Below are positions 9,775 through 21,700 of a stretch of DNA of 64,000 bases, piece after piece. The position numbers and the translations under genes were made by a program. The DNA comes from a virus. Location of the stretch: IMG/VR virus record IMGVR_UViG_3300034107_000490, positions 5,422-69,421 of that record. One strand, given 5' to 3'. Every line of letters starts with the position of its first letter. Position 1 is the first letter of the stretch. Under the pieces are notes generated by a model. It ran no database searches. It saw only the letters and a program-made list of their open reading frames with translations, and was not told the DNA's origin.

Positions 9775-10113
9775 ATGCCAATAAAAAAAGTAAACCCAGT
9801 AAAGAATAAACTTACTAAGTTAGGGTTGTCCGGAGTAAATAAACCTAAAAAAACTCCGGAACACCCAACTAAGAAAGGTATTGTTCTAGCCAAAGAAGGT
9901 GACAAAACAAAAGTCATTAGATTTGGAGACCAAAAGATGGGACATAACTACTCTTCTGAAGCTAGAAAATCTTTTAAAGCAAGACATGCAAAGAACATAG
10001 CAAAAGGAAAAATGTCAGCAGCTTATTGGGCGGATAAATTCTTTTGGGGCGGACCAAAAGCAGACAAAAAATCCCCACCAAAAACGCAGAAAATTAAAAA
10101 AGGATTAAAATAA
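9775..10113 (+). CDS. Small basic protein (about 112 aa); ORF track start GTG 9757, first ATG 9775
   Basis: K-rich. Last gene before the plus-strand terminator. Confidence 0.45.
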   Translation: MPIKKVNPVKNKLTKLGLSGVNKPKKTPEHPTKKGIVLAKEGDKTKVIRFGDQKMGHNYSSEARKSFKARHAKNIAKGKMSAAYWADKFFWGGPKADKKSPPKTQKIKKGLK

Positions 10114-10118
10114 TAATG

Positions 10119-10148
10119 AGCCCAAGCAACGACTTGGGTTTTTTATTT
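10119..10148 (+). terminator. Intrinsic terminator GCCCAAG-caacga-CTTGGGT + T7
   Basis: Perfect 7-bp GC-rich stem followed by a T-run, immediately after the stop at 10113. Confidence 0.8.
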
Positions 10149-10196
10149 AATAAAGTTTTGCAAAAAATAATTAATTTGATTATTTTTGAGCATATT

Positions 10197-10204
10197 ATTA
10201 CATT
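10197..10204 (+). promoter_or_regulatory. Bacteroidetes-type -7 promoter box TACATTTG upstream of the 961-aa gene
   Basis: Matches the TAnnTTTG consensus, 27 nt upstream of ATG 10231 and just after a terminator. Confidence 0.5.
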
Positions 10205-10230
10205 TGTAATTCAATTAAAAATACTATAAA

Positions 10231-13116
10231 ATGGCTAGTAGCTATAGTTTAATAAACGATTATTCAAATTTAACTCTATACACTCCTGATTATAACTTAC
10301 TTCAGACTGCATTGCAGTACAAACAAGGTAAGTTAGATCAAAATAGAGCTAAGTTACAACAGGTTAGAGATCAATTTGGAGCTTTAGACGTTGTAAAAGA
10401 TGGAGACCAACAATATTTGGATAACAGATTACAGAAGATTACCGAAATAACAAATAAATACGCAGGGTTAGACCTATCTAGCGATGCTCTTACTAACAGC
10501 TTAGTGGGTAACATGAATCAAGTAATTGATGCAAATGTTAAGACTGCTGTTGTCTCTACCAAGAGATTACGTAACGAGCAAAAAGAATGGGAGGATAAGC
10601 GTAAAAATAAACCAGATCAGTACAGTGATTTGAACTATGCATTTGCTATGCAAAAAGCAAATAAATGGGTTAATGATGGAGCTACAGGATCTTCTTACTC
10701 AGGAGGTGGTGGATTTGTTGAGTACAGAGATGTAAACAAGAAAATACAAGATGCTCTTCCAAAGGCAATCGAATTAATTAAATCTAAAAGAGCTCAAGAA
10801 GTAAGTTCAGGTCAAGCGATCGGTGGTATCGCTACTATTGAAACAGTTGATAGAGGGATGCTTTCTGAAGCAATTGACTCAATGTTAGATGAGAAAGATA
10901 AGCTACAACTTCGAATAAATGCTTGGGGACAATATGACACAATTCCTGATGAGCAATTACGAGACATGTTTGATGAAAAACAAGCTCCAAAAATAAAAGA
11001 AGCAAACTCAAATATTTCCACAATAGAGTCATTATTAAAAACTACAAAAAGCCAATCAGAAAAAGAGTCACTTACTAAAACTTTAAATGCCTGGAAAGGC
11101 AGAAAAGAAGAGCTTGATGATTTGACATTTGAAAACTATGTTGGAGAAGGTGGAGCAGGTAAGGATAACCTTTATACAAGTTTATACATAGATGATTTTA
11201 AAGGAGGATTCCTTAATGCATATAGTTATGGAGATCGTATTACTGAATTAAAAGTAAATGAAATCCAAAAAGCAAACAAAGAGTATCAACTTAAGATTGC
11301 TGAATATGGCATAAAAAAAGCTGAGTTTTCTGAAAAGCTTAGAAAAAATAGAGTTGATGAAGCATACAAAGAAGCAGAATTAAAACTTAAATATGGCCAA
11401 GGAGATGGAACCGGTGCAAACGGATGGCAACCTGCAGGAGATTCTGATAACCCTATCGATACAGAGGCATCAACAAAAGGAGGATTTGATTCTCACCAAG
11501 CTTATTTAAGAGGGCTTGATGGAACTGTAAGAAAATCATTAAAAAGTAAATTAGGCTTAGATGATGCAGGAGTTAGTAAATTGATGCGTAATAAAGATTT
11601 TGTTACTCAATTGAAGTCTGGAAGTTTAGCCGGAAAGAATGAAATTAACATTGGAGGTAAAACTGTTAAGTTAGATGCAAATCTTAAAAAACAATTACTT
11701 GACTACAAAGATGAGTTCTTGGAAACTCCTGAAGTAAAGAAAGAAGCATTTAATGACGTAGAAAGTATGATGACTACTGTAAGAAAAAATTACAGAGAAG
11801 GAATTTCATCAGGTAACGCAAGTTTTGATAATTTACCAAACTATAATATTAAGTACAAAAAAGTAAACGGAGCATACACTATAGTTAAACGTACAGGCAA
11901 TGAGGTATCTAGTGCAAATAGATACGCATACCTACTTAAGATGGAAAAATCTGGTAAATTAACCGAAACAGATAAACGAGATTTAAAACTATACTCTACA
12001 TTACACTTAATGAATGACCCTACTGTAAGTCAATCCCAATCGTCTTTACTTAAAGAGTACATACAATATACGTTGTTGGGGGATGTTGACCAAGCAGGAT
12101 ATAAAAATGTTTCGCTAAAAGTATCAAATGGATTTGGTGCTATAATACCAAACTCTGCTACAAAAAGCGGAGTAAAAGACATTTGGATATCAAATATAGC
12201 AAAAGGAGATATACAAGGTAATGCTGTTACTAATATGTTTAACTCGGTAGCTAAAACAATTATTCCAGATTTATATACAGATGAAGAACTAAAACAAACA
12301 CAAAAAGGCAGTGGATTTAGAACTTACGCAACAGATAGAGTTGGTTTAGATCGAGTTATACAAGATAATTTTTCAAATATTGATAAAAAACTAGATAAAG
12401 CATACTCTCCAAAAAGAAACCTAATTAAGATGGGTAAAGTAACCCTAAATAAAGATGCTAATGAAACTTATTACAAAAAATTAGCAGGAGCACTTACATG
12501 GGATATATCAGGAAAAGGAAGTGGAAATAATATCTTTATTGAACCAGATAAAACTGAGGATGGAAAAGTAACAGGTAACTTTGTTATATCAAGACCTTAT
12601 ACACCAACATCAAGTAAAGATACAAGAACATCTGATAGAAAAGTAGTAACACCACAAGAGTTGAGTACTTATGGTATTCCACAATTAGTAGGCCTAAATA
12701 AAGAAAAATATAATGCAAATGATGGTAAGTACGCAAGAAAATTAAGTCTTGGAAATGGTACTTACACAGAAGATGGATGGGACGCAGGATTACCAGAGGA
12801 TTACAGATCACCATTATTGCAAAACGCATCTCAAAATCCTCAAATACTTTCTGAAACAAAAAGAATATTAGCAGATTATAAACGAGGTGATCTAGAAGTA
12901 AAATTAGAACCAGTAAATTATGGTGGTAAAAACATATACGCATATAGATTGTACAGAGATGGTAAAACAGCTTTAAAAGGAATACCTTTCCCTGTGAACG
13001 ATGCTTATATGACAGATGATGGGGTAAGTAAGCTTTTAGATAATCCAAAACCTTTTGCAGATGAAGCATTTGCAAATATTCTAGAACAATATCAAACTTA
13101 CTTATACAACGATTAA
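10231..13116 (+). CDS. Large structural protein, 961 aa (function not assignable; portal/connector-size)
   Basis: First gene of a new operon. Long ORF with no recognisable catalytic motifs. Confidence 0.6.
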   Translation: MASSYSLINDYSNLTLYTPDYNLLQTALQYKQGKLDQNRAKLQQVRDQFGALDVVKDGDQQYLDNRLQKITEITNKYAGLDLSSDALTNSLVGNMNQVIDANVKTAVVSTKRLRNEQKEWEDKRKNKPDQYSDLNYAFAMQKANKWVNDGATGSSYSGGGGFVEYRDVNKKIQDALPKAIELIKSKRAQEVSSGQAIGGIATIETVDRGMLSEAIDSMLDEKDKLQLRINAWGQYDTIPDEQLRDMFDEKQAPKIKEANSNISTIESLLKTTKSQSEKESLTKTLNAWKGRKEELDDLTFENYVGEGGAGKDNLYTSLYIDDFKGGFLNAYSYGDRITELKVNEIQKANKEYQLKIAEYGIKKAEFSEKLRKNRVDEAYKEAELKLKYGQGDGTGANGWQPAGDSDNPIDTEASTKGGFDSHQAYLRGLDGTVRKSLKSKLGLDDAGVSKLMRNKDFVTQLKSGSLAGKNEINIGGKTVKLDANLKKQLLDYKDEFLETPEVKKEAFNDVESMMTTVRKNYREGISSGNASFDNLPNYNIKYKKVNGAYTIVKRTGNEVSSANRYAYLLKMEKSGKLTETDKRDLKLYSTLHLMNDPTVSQSQSSLLKEYIQYTLLGDVDQAGYKNVSLKVSNGFGAIIPNSATKSGVKDIWISNIAKGDIQGNAVTNMFNSVAKTIIPDLYTDEELKQTQKGSGFRTYATDRVGLDRVIQDNFSNIDKKLDKAYSPKRNLIKMGKVTLNKDANETYYKKLAGALTWDISGKGSGNNIFIEPDKTEDGKVTGNFVISRPYTPTSSKDTRTSDRKVVTPQELSTYGIPQLVGLNKEKYNANDGKYARKLSLGNGTYTEDGWDAGLPEDYRSPLLQNASQNPQILSETKRILADYKRGDLEVKLEPVNYGGKNIYAYRLYRDGKTALKGIPFPVNDAYMTDDGVSKLLDNPKPFADEAFANILEQYQTYLYND

Positions 13117-13127
13117 ACCAAAAAATT

Positions 13128-16100
13128 ATGGCTAAAAATACACCAAAATATAGTTTTGAAACTATTGATCAAGTACTGTCTGATATAAAACAAAAGAAAG
13201 GATTAGAAACCCCTACTACAACTTCAAGTTTAGGTTCTTCAAGAAGTGTTTTGCCACAAAAAAATGTAAGCTCTGCTTTACTTTATGGAGGTGGAGATCC
13301 TAAGAAAGCTATCAGGATAGCTGAATATAGTGTTCCGTTAGAAAGTGTATATGATCGATTAAATGATGGTTCATACGCAGCTAGGTACGAAAACTACTTA
13401 GGTGCAGAAGGTAATGAAAATAGACTTGCTTTACAACAGTCAGGTGGAGAGCAATTACTAAAAGGTTTAACAAAAAATTCAGCTAAGGCATTTAATTATG
13501 CCTTCGATAGTGTAGTAGGCACTGCTTACGGATTAACTAAGGCATTGACATCAGGATCTCTTCGTGACTTATACGATAATGAGCTTACAAATAAACTTGA
13601 TGATATGAATAAACAATTAGATTATGCTTTACCGAATTACTATTCGGACGAGCAAAAATCTATGAGTTTTTTAAGAAGCATGGGTACAGCTAATTTTTGG
13701 GCTAATGATGTTGCAGGTGGTGCTGCATTCGTTGCTGGTGCTTTACTACCACAAATTGCAATTGGTATAGCAACTGGAGGTGCTTCACTTCCAAGTTTAG
13801 CTGCAACCGCTGGAAAATTTGGAGCAAAGTTAGCATTTAAAGCAGGTAAAGAAGTAGCCGAAGAAACAGCAAAAGCAGCATTAAAAAAGGGGATAAAAAG
13901 TAGCCTTGATGATGGACTGAAAGCAATTGGAGGTATATCAGAAAAAATAGGCCAGGCAACAGGGTATACAAAAGGTAAGAATGTAATTAAATCATATCAA
14001 CAAGCAATCCTTGGAGATAAGCTAGGTACATTTACAAACACAACAGGATTCCTAGCAAGATCAGCAGGTTTTGAAGCCGGCATGGAGTCAAGACAGGCTC
14101 TAAAAGAATCTACTGACAACTACTATCAACAATTCCAAGCACAAAACGGCAGAATGCCAAACGCTGAGGAATATGGTGAATTTATGAATGATGCAGTAAA
14201 AGCATCAAATAAAGTTTTTGGCGCAAACATGGCGATTCTAAGTTTATCGAATGCTGTTATGTTTGGAAAGAAAATTTTACCTGAGTCTACATCTAACTGG
14301 GTAAACAAAACTATTGGGGGTAAAGTAAATAACCTTATAGGTTTAGGTACAAAATCAGCTGTTGTAGATGGTAAACTTACCTACACAATGTTAGGCGCAA
14401 ACAGAGGTCAAAAAATTGCAGGTAAAGCATATAAGACGTTTTCAAAACCGTTAGTAGAGGGTTTATACGAAGAAGGTTTCCAAGGTGTTGCAAGTAAGAC
14501 AATGAAAAATTACTTAGACTCTAAGTATGACAAAAATAATTTAGAAGGTTATTCTTTTTGGGGTTCTTTAAATGATAGTTTTGCAGAGCAGTACGGAACA
14601 AATGAAGGATGGAAAGAGATGACAATAGGTATGCTTATTGGCTTTGCAGGTGGAGCAATCCAACCAGGTGCTGTTAAGAATGGGTACGCTTTTTCAGGAT
14701 TTGGAAAGAATAGTTATACTTCAAGACGTTCTGAAATAGAGTCTAATCTTAAAAGAGCTAATGATGGTATTGAATTATTATCAAACCTAAATAGAACTTC
14801 CGCAGCTGTAGCTAAGGATTCCGCAATGAATAGTGGAGAAAGTTCAGACTTTGTAGGTGCAGAAGATACTTTATCTCACTACAATTTTATTCGATCTCAG
14901 GAGAGTATAAATAGCCCTACTCAAATGACTAAAGATTTCAACGTAGTTATTGACAACCTACAATTTGAAGATGAATCACTTGAAGCTTTAAGTAGTGCAG
15001 GATTGGATCCAGATACATATAAAACAAAACTAAAGGATGATTTTTCAAAATACCTTAGTATCTATAAATTTTCTAAGAAAGCAGTTGAAGCACTAGGCTT
15101 AAACCAAAAGTTAAAAGATACTCCTGGAAATATTGCAGAAATATCAGATGCTCTTATGTTCGGAATAATGGCCGGAAAGGATTCATTTGAAAATTCTAAA
15201 AATATCGCAAGTCAAATTGATGCAATTATTGGTTCAGAAGGTGTATTCAATCATTTAAACTTTTATAATAATTTAGATCAAAAACAAAAAGACCAATTCT
15301 TAGAGTTAAAAGACACTAAGGAAAATTTATCACAACTTCAAGATGCAGCAGCAAAAGTTGCACAAAAAATTGGAAAGATAAATTCAACAGGACAATTAAC
15401 TCCAGAGTTAGTAGAGGATAGAAGAAAAAGATTATCAGAACAAGCAGTTGCAATACAGGATAAAATCATAGAGACTGAAGGCAGAATTAAATATTTAGAT
15501 GATGTTTTAAAGACTGACTTTAGAAACTCAAAATATAATCTTTCTGTAGATGTAATGGATAGCATAGCATCTGTTGAAGACGTAACCGGAGCAATCGAAA
15601 ACATAAATAAAATTGATGACTTGATATCCTCTTTCAGAAAATCAGGTAAAAACAAAGAGTCAGACACATTACAATACTTAGTTAGTCAATTTAAACTTTC
15701 TTCTGATGCTCACCGAGAAATGATTAATACTCATCGAAAAATGATGGATACTAATTTCTTCTCAAGCAAAGAAGGTAAAGGATTCCTTAGTTCAATACTT
15801 GGGGATAAGTTTACAATGACTGATGATTTTAAACAATTGATTGAAGATAACAATGACATAATCGACAGATCATTAAATGCCAATGGAATAAGAAACTACA
15901 AGAATGTTCAAAAGATACTTGAAACAAGTATAGTGAATAATCCTGATTTATCTGACAGAGAAAAATTCAGACTAGAGTCTCTAATCCGTATAAACCTTTC
16001 TCAAAAAGCTTATCAAAATGCTGTAGAAGATTTACAAAAAACTTCTAAGAAAATGCAAACAGACCTATCGGACTCTGATAAAGTTTTAGCAACAACAGCA

Positions 16101-18776
16101 TCAGATTTACGAAGAGTAAATTTAACTAAGAGTGATTTAAATAATATCAAACTTATAGACGATGCTATCAATGAAATAACTAAAGAGTTAGATTATATTG
16201 TAAACTATAGTTCAAAAAATGTAGATAGAATAAAAAATCTAGAAGCAGAGATAGCTAAATTGAAAGAAGAGAGAGAAGCAATCAAAGAGAATAATAAGAA
16301 AAAACAAGAAAATAAAACACCTGAACAATTACAACAGACTACTACTGCTGAGAATATATATGATGAATTAGTAGATAATAGAATTGACATACCTTGGGAT
16401 TCAGTTGTTTATGATCCAAATGCACCTGGAAGTAAAAGAAAAACAAACGGTACTTCTAATATTATTGACTATGCAGGAAGAAAGATTGTTATTATAGATG
16501 TAAATGGTAGAAACATTCCTTTTTACTTAAGCACAGGTTCAGGAGGTAAAGTTGATGTAACTTCAGGAAAATGGTATCCTATCTTTGGGATAAGTAAAGA
16601 AGGTTGGTTAAATAAGCTTTCTGGAAAAGAAATTAACAACTACTATGGAAGTGACGTTTTAAAGGGTATAGCAGAATCACTAGATAAAAAAATAGGTGAT
16701 ATTCGAAGCGATGAGTCAATTCCTAAAGTAGGTACTACAGGTAGTCATATTGATGCTATAAATAAAAACTTATCTCCTACAGAGAATAAATTACCAACTA
16801 CTCGAACAACAGTAGAACAAAATATTAAAGATACAGTTGACTTTTTAAACGGAGCAAATATATCTTCAAAAAATACTGCACCAGAAGAGACTGTTCAACA
16901 AAATGACGTGTTCACGGACACTGAACAGATGAATTTAGTGAACAGTAAAATAGCTGAGTTAGAAAAACAACTTGACGAACTAAAACGTCCCTTCAAAATA
17001 ATTGAGTCTCCTGAATATATAAGATACTATGAACTAGCAAGTAAGGCTGAAAAAGAGAGCTTAACTGAAAATGAAAAAGACGAGTTAGAAGAACTTAGAT
17101 CAGATATCGATCAATGGACTTTAATTACCGGAGTAGTAGTAGACGGATTCAGACTAAGTGATTTACTTTTACAAAAATCTGTATTGGAGAACTCCATAAT
17201 AGAAAAGGTACAGGATATCGAAATCCCAACTTCAGAGGATACTTTAGATGATGCAGAATTTTCAGATGTAACTACTAGAGCAAACTACCGATACGGATTA
17301 GTTTACGATAAAGTATTTGCATCTAAAGATGGAGACTTCATAACACTACATAATATGAATGCAAGCTCTTTGCAAGACATACTTGGAAAAGACTTTATTC
17401 GTACAAACGGAATAACAATAGAAAAAGATCCTACCGGAAAAGACAACCTAGTGTTAAGTCAAGATAATGTTGATAAAATAAATCAAAACTCTAACTTACG
17501 AATCAGAAATACTGAAAGAAACATGCTGACAAACTATAGCGTTGTTCTTGAACGAATAGTAGGTCTAGACGGTAAAGCAACTTACAAGGCTTTGTCAAGC
17601 ACTTTCTCGGATGAATTTAACAATGGAGAAGGTCACGACATTAAATCAGTATTTGAAGCAAACAGAGGAGATGAAGTAGAAATAACTACTGACCTTGATA
17701 ACGCTTATAACATTGGCTTAATAAACGAGTATAAAAAAGAACTAAGTAGTTACAATTCAAAACCTCAACAATCGGAGCAAGACAGAATTGAACTAGAGAA
17801 AGCATATAACAAACTTGTTTCAAAACTAAACATTCAAGCTAAGATAAACGGAAAAGTTGTATCTACAATGAAGGGGTTAAACAAAACTGTTCAGGATAAA
17901 AAATCTGATAATGTTTATGTTCAATTTAGAAATAATATATTTAACAACGCTGATCAATTAGAAGCTATCTTATACGGAACAGGGGAGTACACTATTAAAA
18001 TTACAAATAGCAATGACGAGTTCATTAAGCCAAAGATAACTGTATCTGAATCTTTAGTAGGACATCCTAACTATAACTATGTTGAGACAGCAGACGGAAT
18101 ACTAGCAACCGAATTTAAAGGTCTGTCAGATGTTGAAGCTAAAGCGGTTGTTGATGTCGGATACGTAGTTGGAACTAAAACGTTTACAAGGGATAATCAA
18201 ACCGTAAACACAATTATGCTTAAAAAACTAATGAATAAGAAATCAACAAATAAGATTCCATTCATTGTTCTTAACGTAGGCGGTAAGCGAATTGCGTATC
18301 CGGTAAAAGTAAATAGTTTTGGACAAGCCGAAGTAGCAGATTTCGAATCTATTTATTCAAATAAGACAACAGATCCAGTAACGAAAGCAAATGCTTTAAA
18401 TAGAATTCTTGCTAAAAATGGAATTGACATAAAACAACCTGGTAATTCTTTTATTGGTTTCTTCGATGACAATCTGAATAATAACTTTTTTCAAGAGAAA
18501 CTTGCTCAGCTGAAAAATGTTAATTACTTTTACAAGGTAGATGATTGGTTAGATTTAAACGTAGGTTTACAAGATATTGTGAAAACACAATTAGCTGTAG
18601 ACATAGATGTTTTGAATCCCTTTCATTCACCTAAACTTAGTTTTTCTTATGACGAGCTTAATCTAAAAGATTTTGTTCCACCAAAGAAAGGTAAAGGAAA
18701 AGGTAAGGCAGCAAGTAAATCTAGAAATATAAAAGTTGACTTAGCTGATTTGTTTAACAAGAAAAATTGCCAATAA
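13128..18776 (+). CDS. Giant virion-associated protein, 1882 aa
   Basis: Gly/Ala-rich hydrophobic segment (GGAAFVAGALLPQIAIGIATGGASLPSLAATAG) near the N-terminus. Coiled-coil middle. No recognisable enzymatic motifs. Confidence 0.65.
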   Translation: MAKNTPKYSFETIDQVLSDIKQKKGLETPTTTSSLGSSRSVLPQKNVSSALLYGGGDPKKAIRIAEYSVPLESVYDRLNDGSYAARYENYLGAEGNENRLALQQSGGEQLLKGLTKNSAKAFNYAFDSVVGTAYGLTKALTSGSLRDLYDNELTNKLDDMNKQLDYALPNYYSDEQKSMSFLRSMGTANFWANDVAGGAAFVAGALLPQIAIGIATGGASLPSLAATAGKFGAKLAFKAGKEVAEETAKAALKKGIKSSLDDGLKAIGGISEKIGQATGYTKGKNVIKSYQQAILGDKLGTFTNTTGFLARSAGFEAGMESRQALKESTDNYYQQFQAQNGRMPNAEEYGEFMNDAVKASNKVFGANMAILSLSNAVMFGKKILPESTSNWVNKTIGGKVNNLIGLGTKSAVVDGKLTYTMLGANRGQKIAGKAYKTFSKPLVEGLYEEGFQGVASKTMKNYLDSKYDKNNLEGYSFWGSLNDSFAEQYGTNEGWKEMTIGMLIGFAGGAIQPGAVKNGYAFSGFGKNSYTSRRSEIESNLKRANDGIELLSNLNRTSAAVAKDSAMNSGESSDFVGAEDTLSHYNFIRSQESINSPTQMTKDFNVVIDNLQFEDESLEALSSAGLDPDTYKTKLKDDFSKYLSIYKFSKKAVEALGLNQKLKDTPGNIAEISDALMFGIMAGKDSFENSKNIASQIDAIIGSEGVFNHLNFYNNLDQKQKDQFLELKDTKENLSQLQDAAAKVAQKIGKINSTGQLTPELVEDRRKRLSEQAVAIQDKIIETEGRIKYLDDVLKTDFRNSKYNLSVDVMDSIASVEDVTGAIENINKIDDLISSFRKSGKNKESDTLQYLVSQFKLSSDAHREMINTHRKMMDTNFFSSKEGKGFLSSILGDKFTMTDDFKQLIEDNNDIIDRSLNANGIRNYKNVQKILETSIVNNPDLSDREKFRLESLIRINLSQKAYQNAVEDLQKTSKKMQTDLSDSDKVLATTASDLRRVNLTKSDLNNIKLIDDAINEITKELDYIVNYSSKNVDRIKNLEAEIAKLKEEREAIKENNKKKQENKTPEQLQQTTTAENIYDELVDNRIDIPWDSVVYDPNAPGSKRKTNGTSNIIDYAGRKIVIIDVNGRNIPFYLSTGSGGKVDVTSGKWYPIFGISKEGWLNKLSGKEINNYYGSDVLKGIAESLDKKIGDIRSDESIPKVGTTGSHIDAINKNLSPTENKLPTTRTTVEQNIKDTVDFLNGANISSKNTAPEETVQQNDVFTDTEQMNLVNSKIAELEKQLDELKRPFKIIESPEYIRYYELASKAEKESLTENEKDELEELRSDIDQWTLITGVVVDGFRLSDLLLQKSVLENSIIEKVQDIEIPTSEDTLDDAEFSDVTTRANYRYGLVYDKVFASKDGDFITLHNMNASSLQDILGKDFIRTNGITIEKDPTGKDNLVLSQDNVDKINQNSNLRIRNTERNMLTNYSVVLERIVGLDGKATYKALSSTFSDEFNNGEGHDIKSVFEANRGDEVEITTDLDNAYNIGLINEYKKELSSYNSKPQQSEQDRIELEKAYNKLVSKLNIQAKINGKVVSTMKGLNKTVQDKKSDNVYVQFRNNIFNNADQLEAILYGTGEYTIKITNSNDEFIKPKITVSESLVGHPNYNYVETADGILATEFKGLSDVEAKAVVDVGYVVGTKTFTRDNQTVNTIMLKKLMNKKSTNKIPFIVLNVGGKRIAYPVKVNSFGQAEVADFESIYSNKTTDPVTKANALNRILAKNGIDIKQPGNSFIGFFDDNLNNNFFQEKLAQLKNVNYFYKVDDWLDLNVGLQDIVKTQLAVDIDVLNPFHSPKLSFSYDELNLKDFVPPKKGKGKGKAASKSRNIKVDLADLFNKKNCQ

Positions 18777-18778
18777 CA

Positions 18779-21700
18779 ATGAGTATAAACTGTAGAGTTT
18801 CTTTTAAAAATAATGCACTAGAGGTTGTCGATAAAAATGGACAACCTTCTGCACTTTATTATGATGCATTAGCATTAACAGGTAATGAGGATAAAGCAAT
18901 TGACCTTTGGTACAAAGCGTTCTCCCAAGAGTTTACCGAACAAGTAAGACTTAATAAAGATGACGTAACATTAGATGAGGTATTGAAATTTGTATCTGCC
19001 AACTCTTCTTTTGGAAAATCTCTTGAACCAGCAGAGATTCGTTCCATAAAAGATATCATGGATAAAAATTCATTTGAAACTTTATCTGATCTTTATAGAA
19101 CACTTGTCGACATATTTAAGCCACAAGGCATAATTGAGTTAGATACGGTAAAAGCATACCAATCTGGGTTATTTGATCTACAAGGTTTATCTGAAATCAA
19201 CCTAAATGAGATCGATGATATCCTGGATAAAGTAGAAGGAACACTAAGAGTTACAGATATTTACGTAGCACCATCTTCGGATAGTTCAGCTTCATTTATA
19301 GATACATCGAGAAAAACTATTTTAGGAACTCCTGAGTTTATTTCTCAAGAAGATATTGAACAAGAAATAGTTAACAATGTTGAAAGCACAAAAGATGAAA
19401 AAGAAATATCATCTTACATCAACAGTTTACCGTACAGTTCGTTTGCTGACAGATTTAATAAAGAAGGATCTTTTAGAACTACTATACTAAATAACATAAG
19501 TAAATACACAAAAGTAAATACTCTATTTATTGTAGATGGAAGACCTACCACAAAAAATTTAAATTATTATAAATCACTTGTAAATACAATTGGAAGTAAT
19601 AATAATACTGAAGGATTAATAGCTGACTTTGAATTTCTTTCCGGAATAGATGAGGATGTATGGTCGCAAAACCAGGATGAAATAAAAGAGGTTTTACGAG
19701 AAATTGAGCAAGATCAATTTACAGAAAATGGGATAGATATTTTTGGCCTAAGTAAATTTTCTTCAAATAAGTTTTTAGTTATTGATACGCTAAACTCTTT
19801 AGGCGAAATGCTTAACAATACTACTAATGAAACTATTCTTAATTTTTCAGAAAAGTTTATAAAAGTAGTTCCACAACCAGTTTCTACTACGTCTGAATTG
19901 TTACCTGAATCTTTGGAGCCATATGCTGAAAACATATTTAGAGTAGATTCTGCACTGAACGACTCTGAGTTATTTAGACAATTTGGGTTGTTAAAAGTAT
20001 CTGATAACATTTACCATAAAGTTGACTTAGGATCTAGATCAAACTTATATGAGGAATTATACCAACAAGCAAAAGAAACAGGATATCCAATATCTATAAA
20101 TGCTGAAGATAAAGAAGCGTCTTTAAGAGACTTAGAACAACATGTATTACTTCAAGATTCTAACGTAGAGAAAGACATTAGAGAAGAGTACAATCTTAAT
20201 AAAATAATTTTCAATCACCCAAAAATACAAGATACAAATGACTATTTACAATTGTCTGATATCACTACCGATACTGAATATTTGGTTAGAGATTTCGCTA
20301 GGGATTTTAATGATTACATTGTAACCGAAAAACAGGTTGACTCTCAGTTGTATCGAGATACCCTCTCTAAATTTAGAGTGAGCGATTCCGGAGTATCTCT
20401 AGCGGTCCCAATTAAATCGATCGAAGGACTTGAGTTTGAAAAAGAACTTACTGATTATATCCGATTAAAGAAGGATCAATCTATGAAATACTTATTGCCT
20501 TCAAGACCAACAAATCTAAAAAGCAGAGTTGACTTGCAAGCAATAAATAATCCTGCATCTGTTCTTAACTATTCAAGACAGTATGCCTTTGACAATGGGT
20601 TATTGGTTACAGAAAAAGTATCTGACAATTACGTAAACTTCTTTGGGAATACCTACGCTAAAGTAGCAGAAGACTCGACTAACTCTGTATTTAAAGTTGT
20701 GCCTAAAAACTTGGATGCTAACTACTATGTTACAAATACTGACTTCATAACTAGTGAGGATAAAGAAAATGCAACACAAGTCTTAAATGACGCTAAATTT
20801 TCTTTTACAAACCCAACCTTAAGTGAGCAAGAGTTTGAGAAATCAATCGAAGATGCAGGTATTAAAAACAAAGTTAAGTTTTCAATTTTTGGGCCAAAAG
20901 GTGCTGCAAGATTAGATGCTAAAGAAGAATCAAGCAGAAGACTAGATAACTTAAAAACTGCCATAGAAATGCTTGGCGGTAAAACATTTGACCAACTATA
21001 CCCTAAACAAAAGAAAGCTATTAAACTAGCTACAGAATGGGAGTTAGGTGTAGATAACAAATGGAAGTATGAATCTATTACTGACTCAAAAGCAACTTTA
21101 AACTTAGGTATAAATTCCATAGAAGATTTAGATAAAAAGAAAAAGCTTTCAGAAGTATTAGATTACCCTGAATTGTTTGATGCATATCCACAAATAAAAA
21201 ATCTTAAAATATCTGTATCCGAAAAAGGTGGATCAACAGGAGAAGCAACATTTTCACCAAGTAAAAATGAAATAATTATTGGAGTTTCAAAATATAAACT
21301 AGAGAACCACTTCAAAGAAAAAGAGAACTTAGATGAAATATCATACCTAAGAGAAGAGGTATTTGAGGCACTTAAGTTTATGGCAGAAAAAGCACTTCGA
21401 ATAGGGCTTTTAGAAAAAAGTGGAATGTCTTTTAGCGATGCACTAGATAAAGTAGCAGTTCAATTTACATATGAGGAACAAGATATACATTTAGGTGTAT
21501 TAAGTGAAGCAGGATTAAGAGATAATGATAAATTTTATGAGCTTTTAAATACCCTTGTGGATGGGTTAAGCGGAGATATACAAGATTCTGAATTTGATGA
21601 CTTTGATGCAAAAACATTGACATCTGTTTTACATGAGATCCAACACTGGATCCAACAAAAAGAAGGTTTTGCAAGAGGTGGAAATGCATATATAGCTTTA

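Noticed and set aside
11188-11220. YIDD tetrapeptide (…SLYIDDFKGG…) in the 961-aa protein resembling the reverse-transcriptase motif C
   Set aside because: No other RT motifs (A: hhDxxxxF; B: QGxxxSP) are nearby and the context is structural. No RT/DGR/retron elsewhere in the window.
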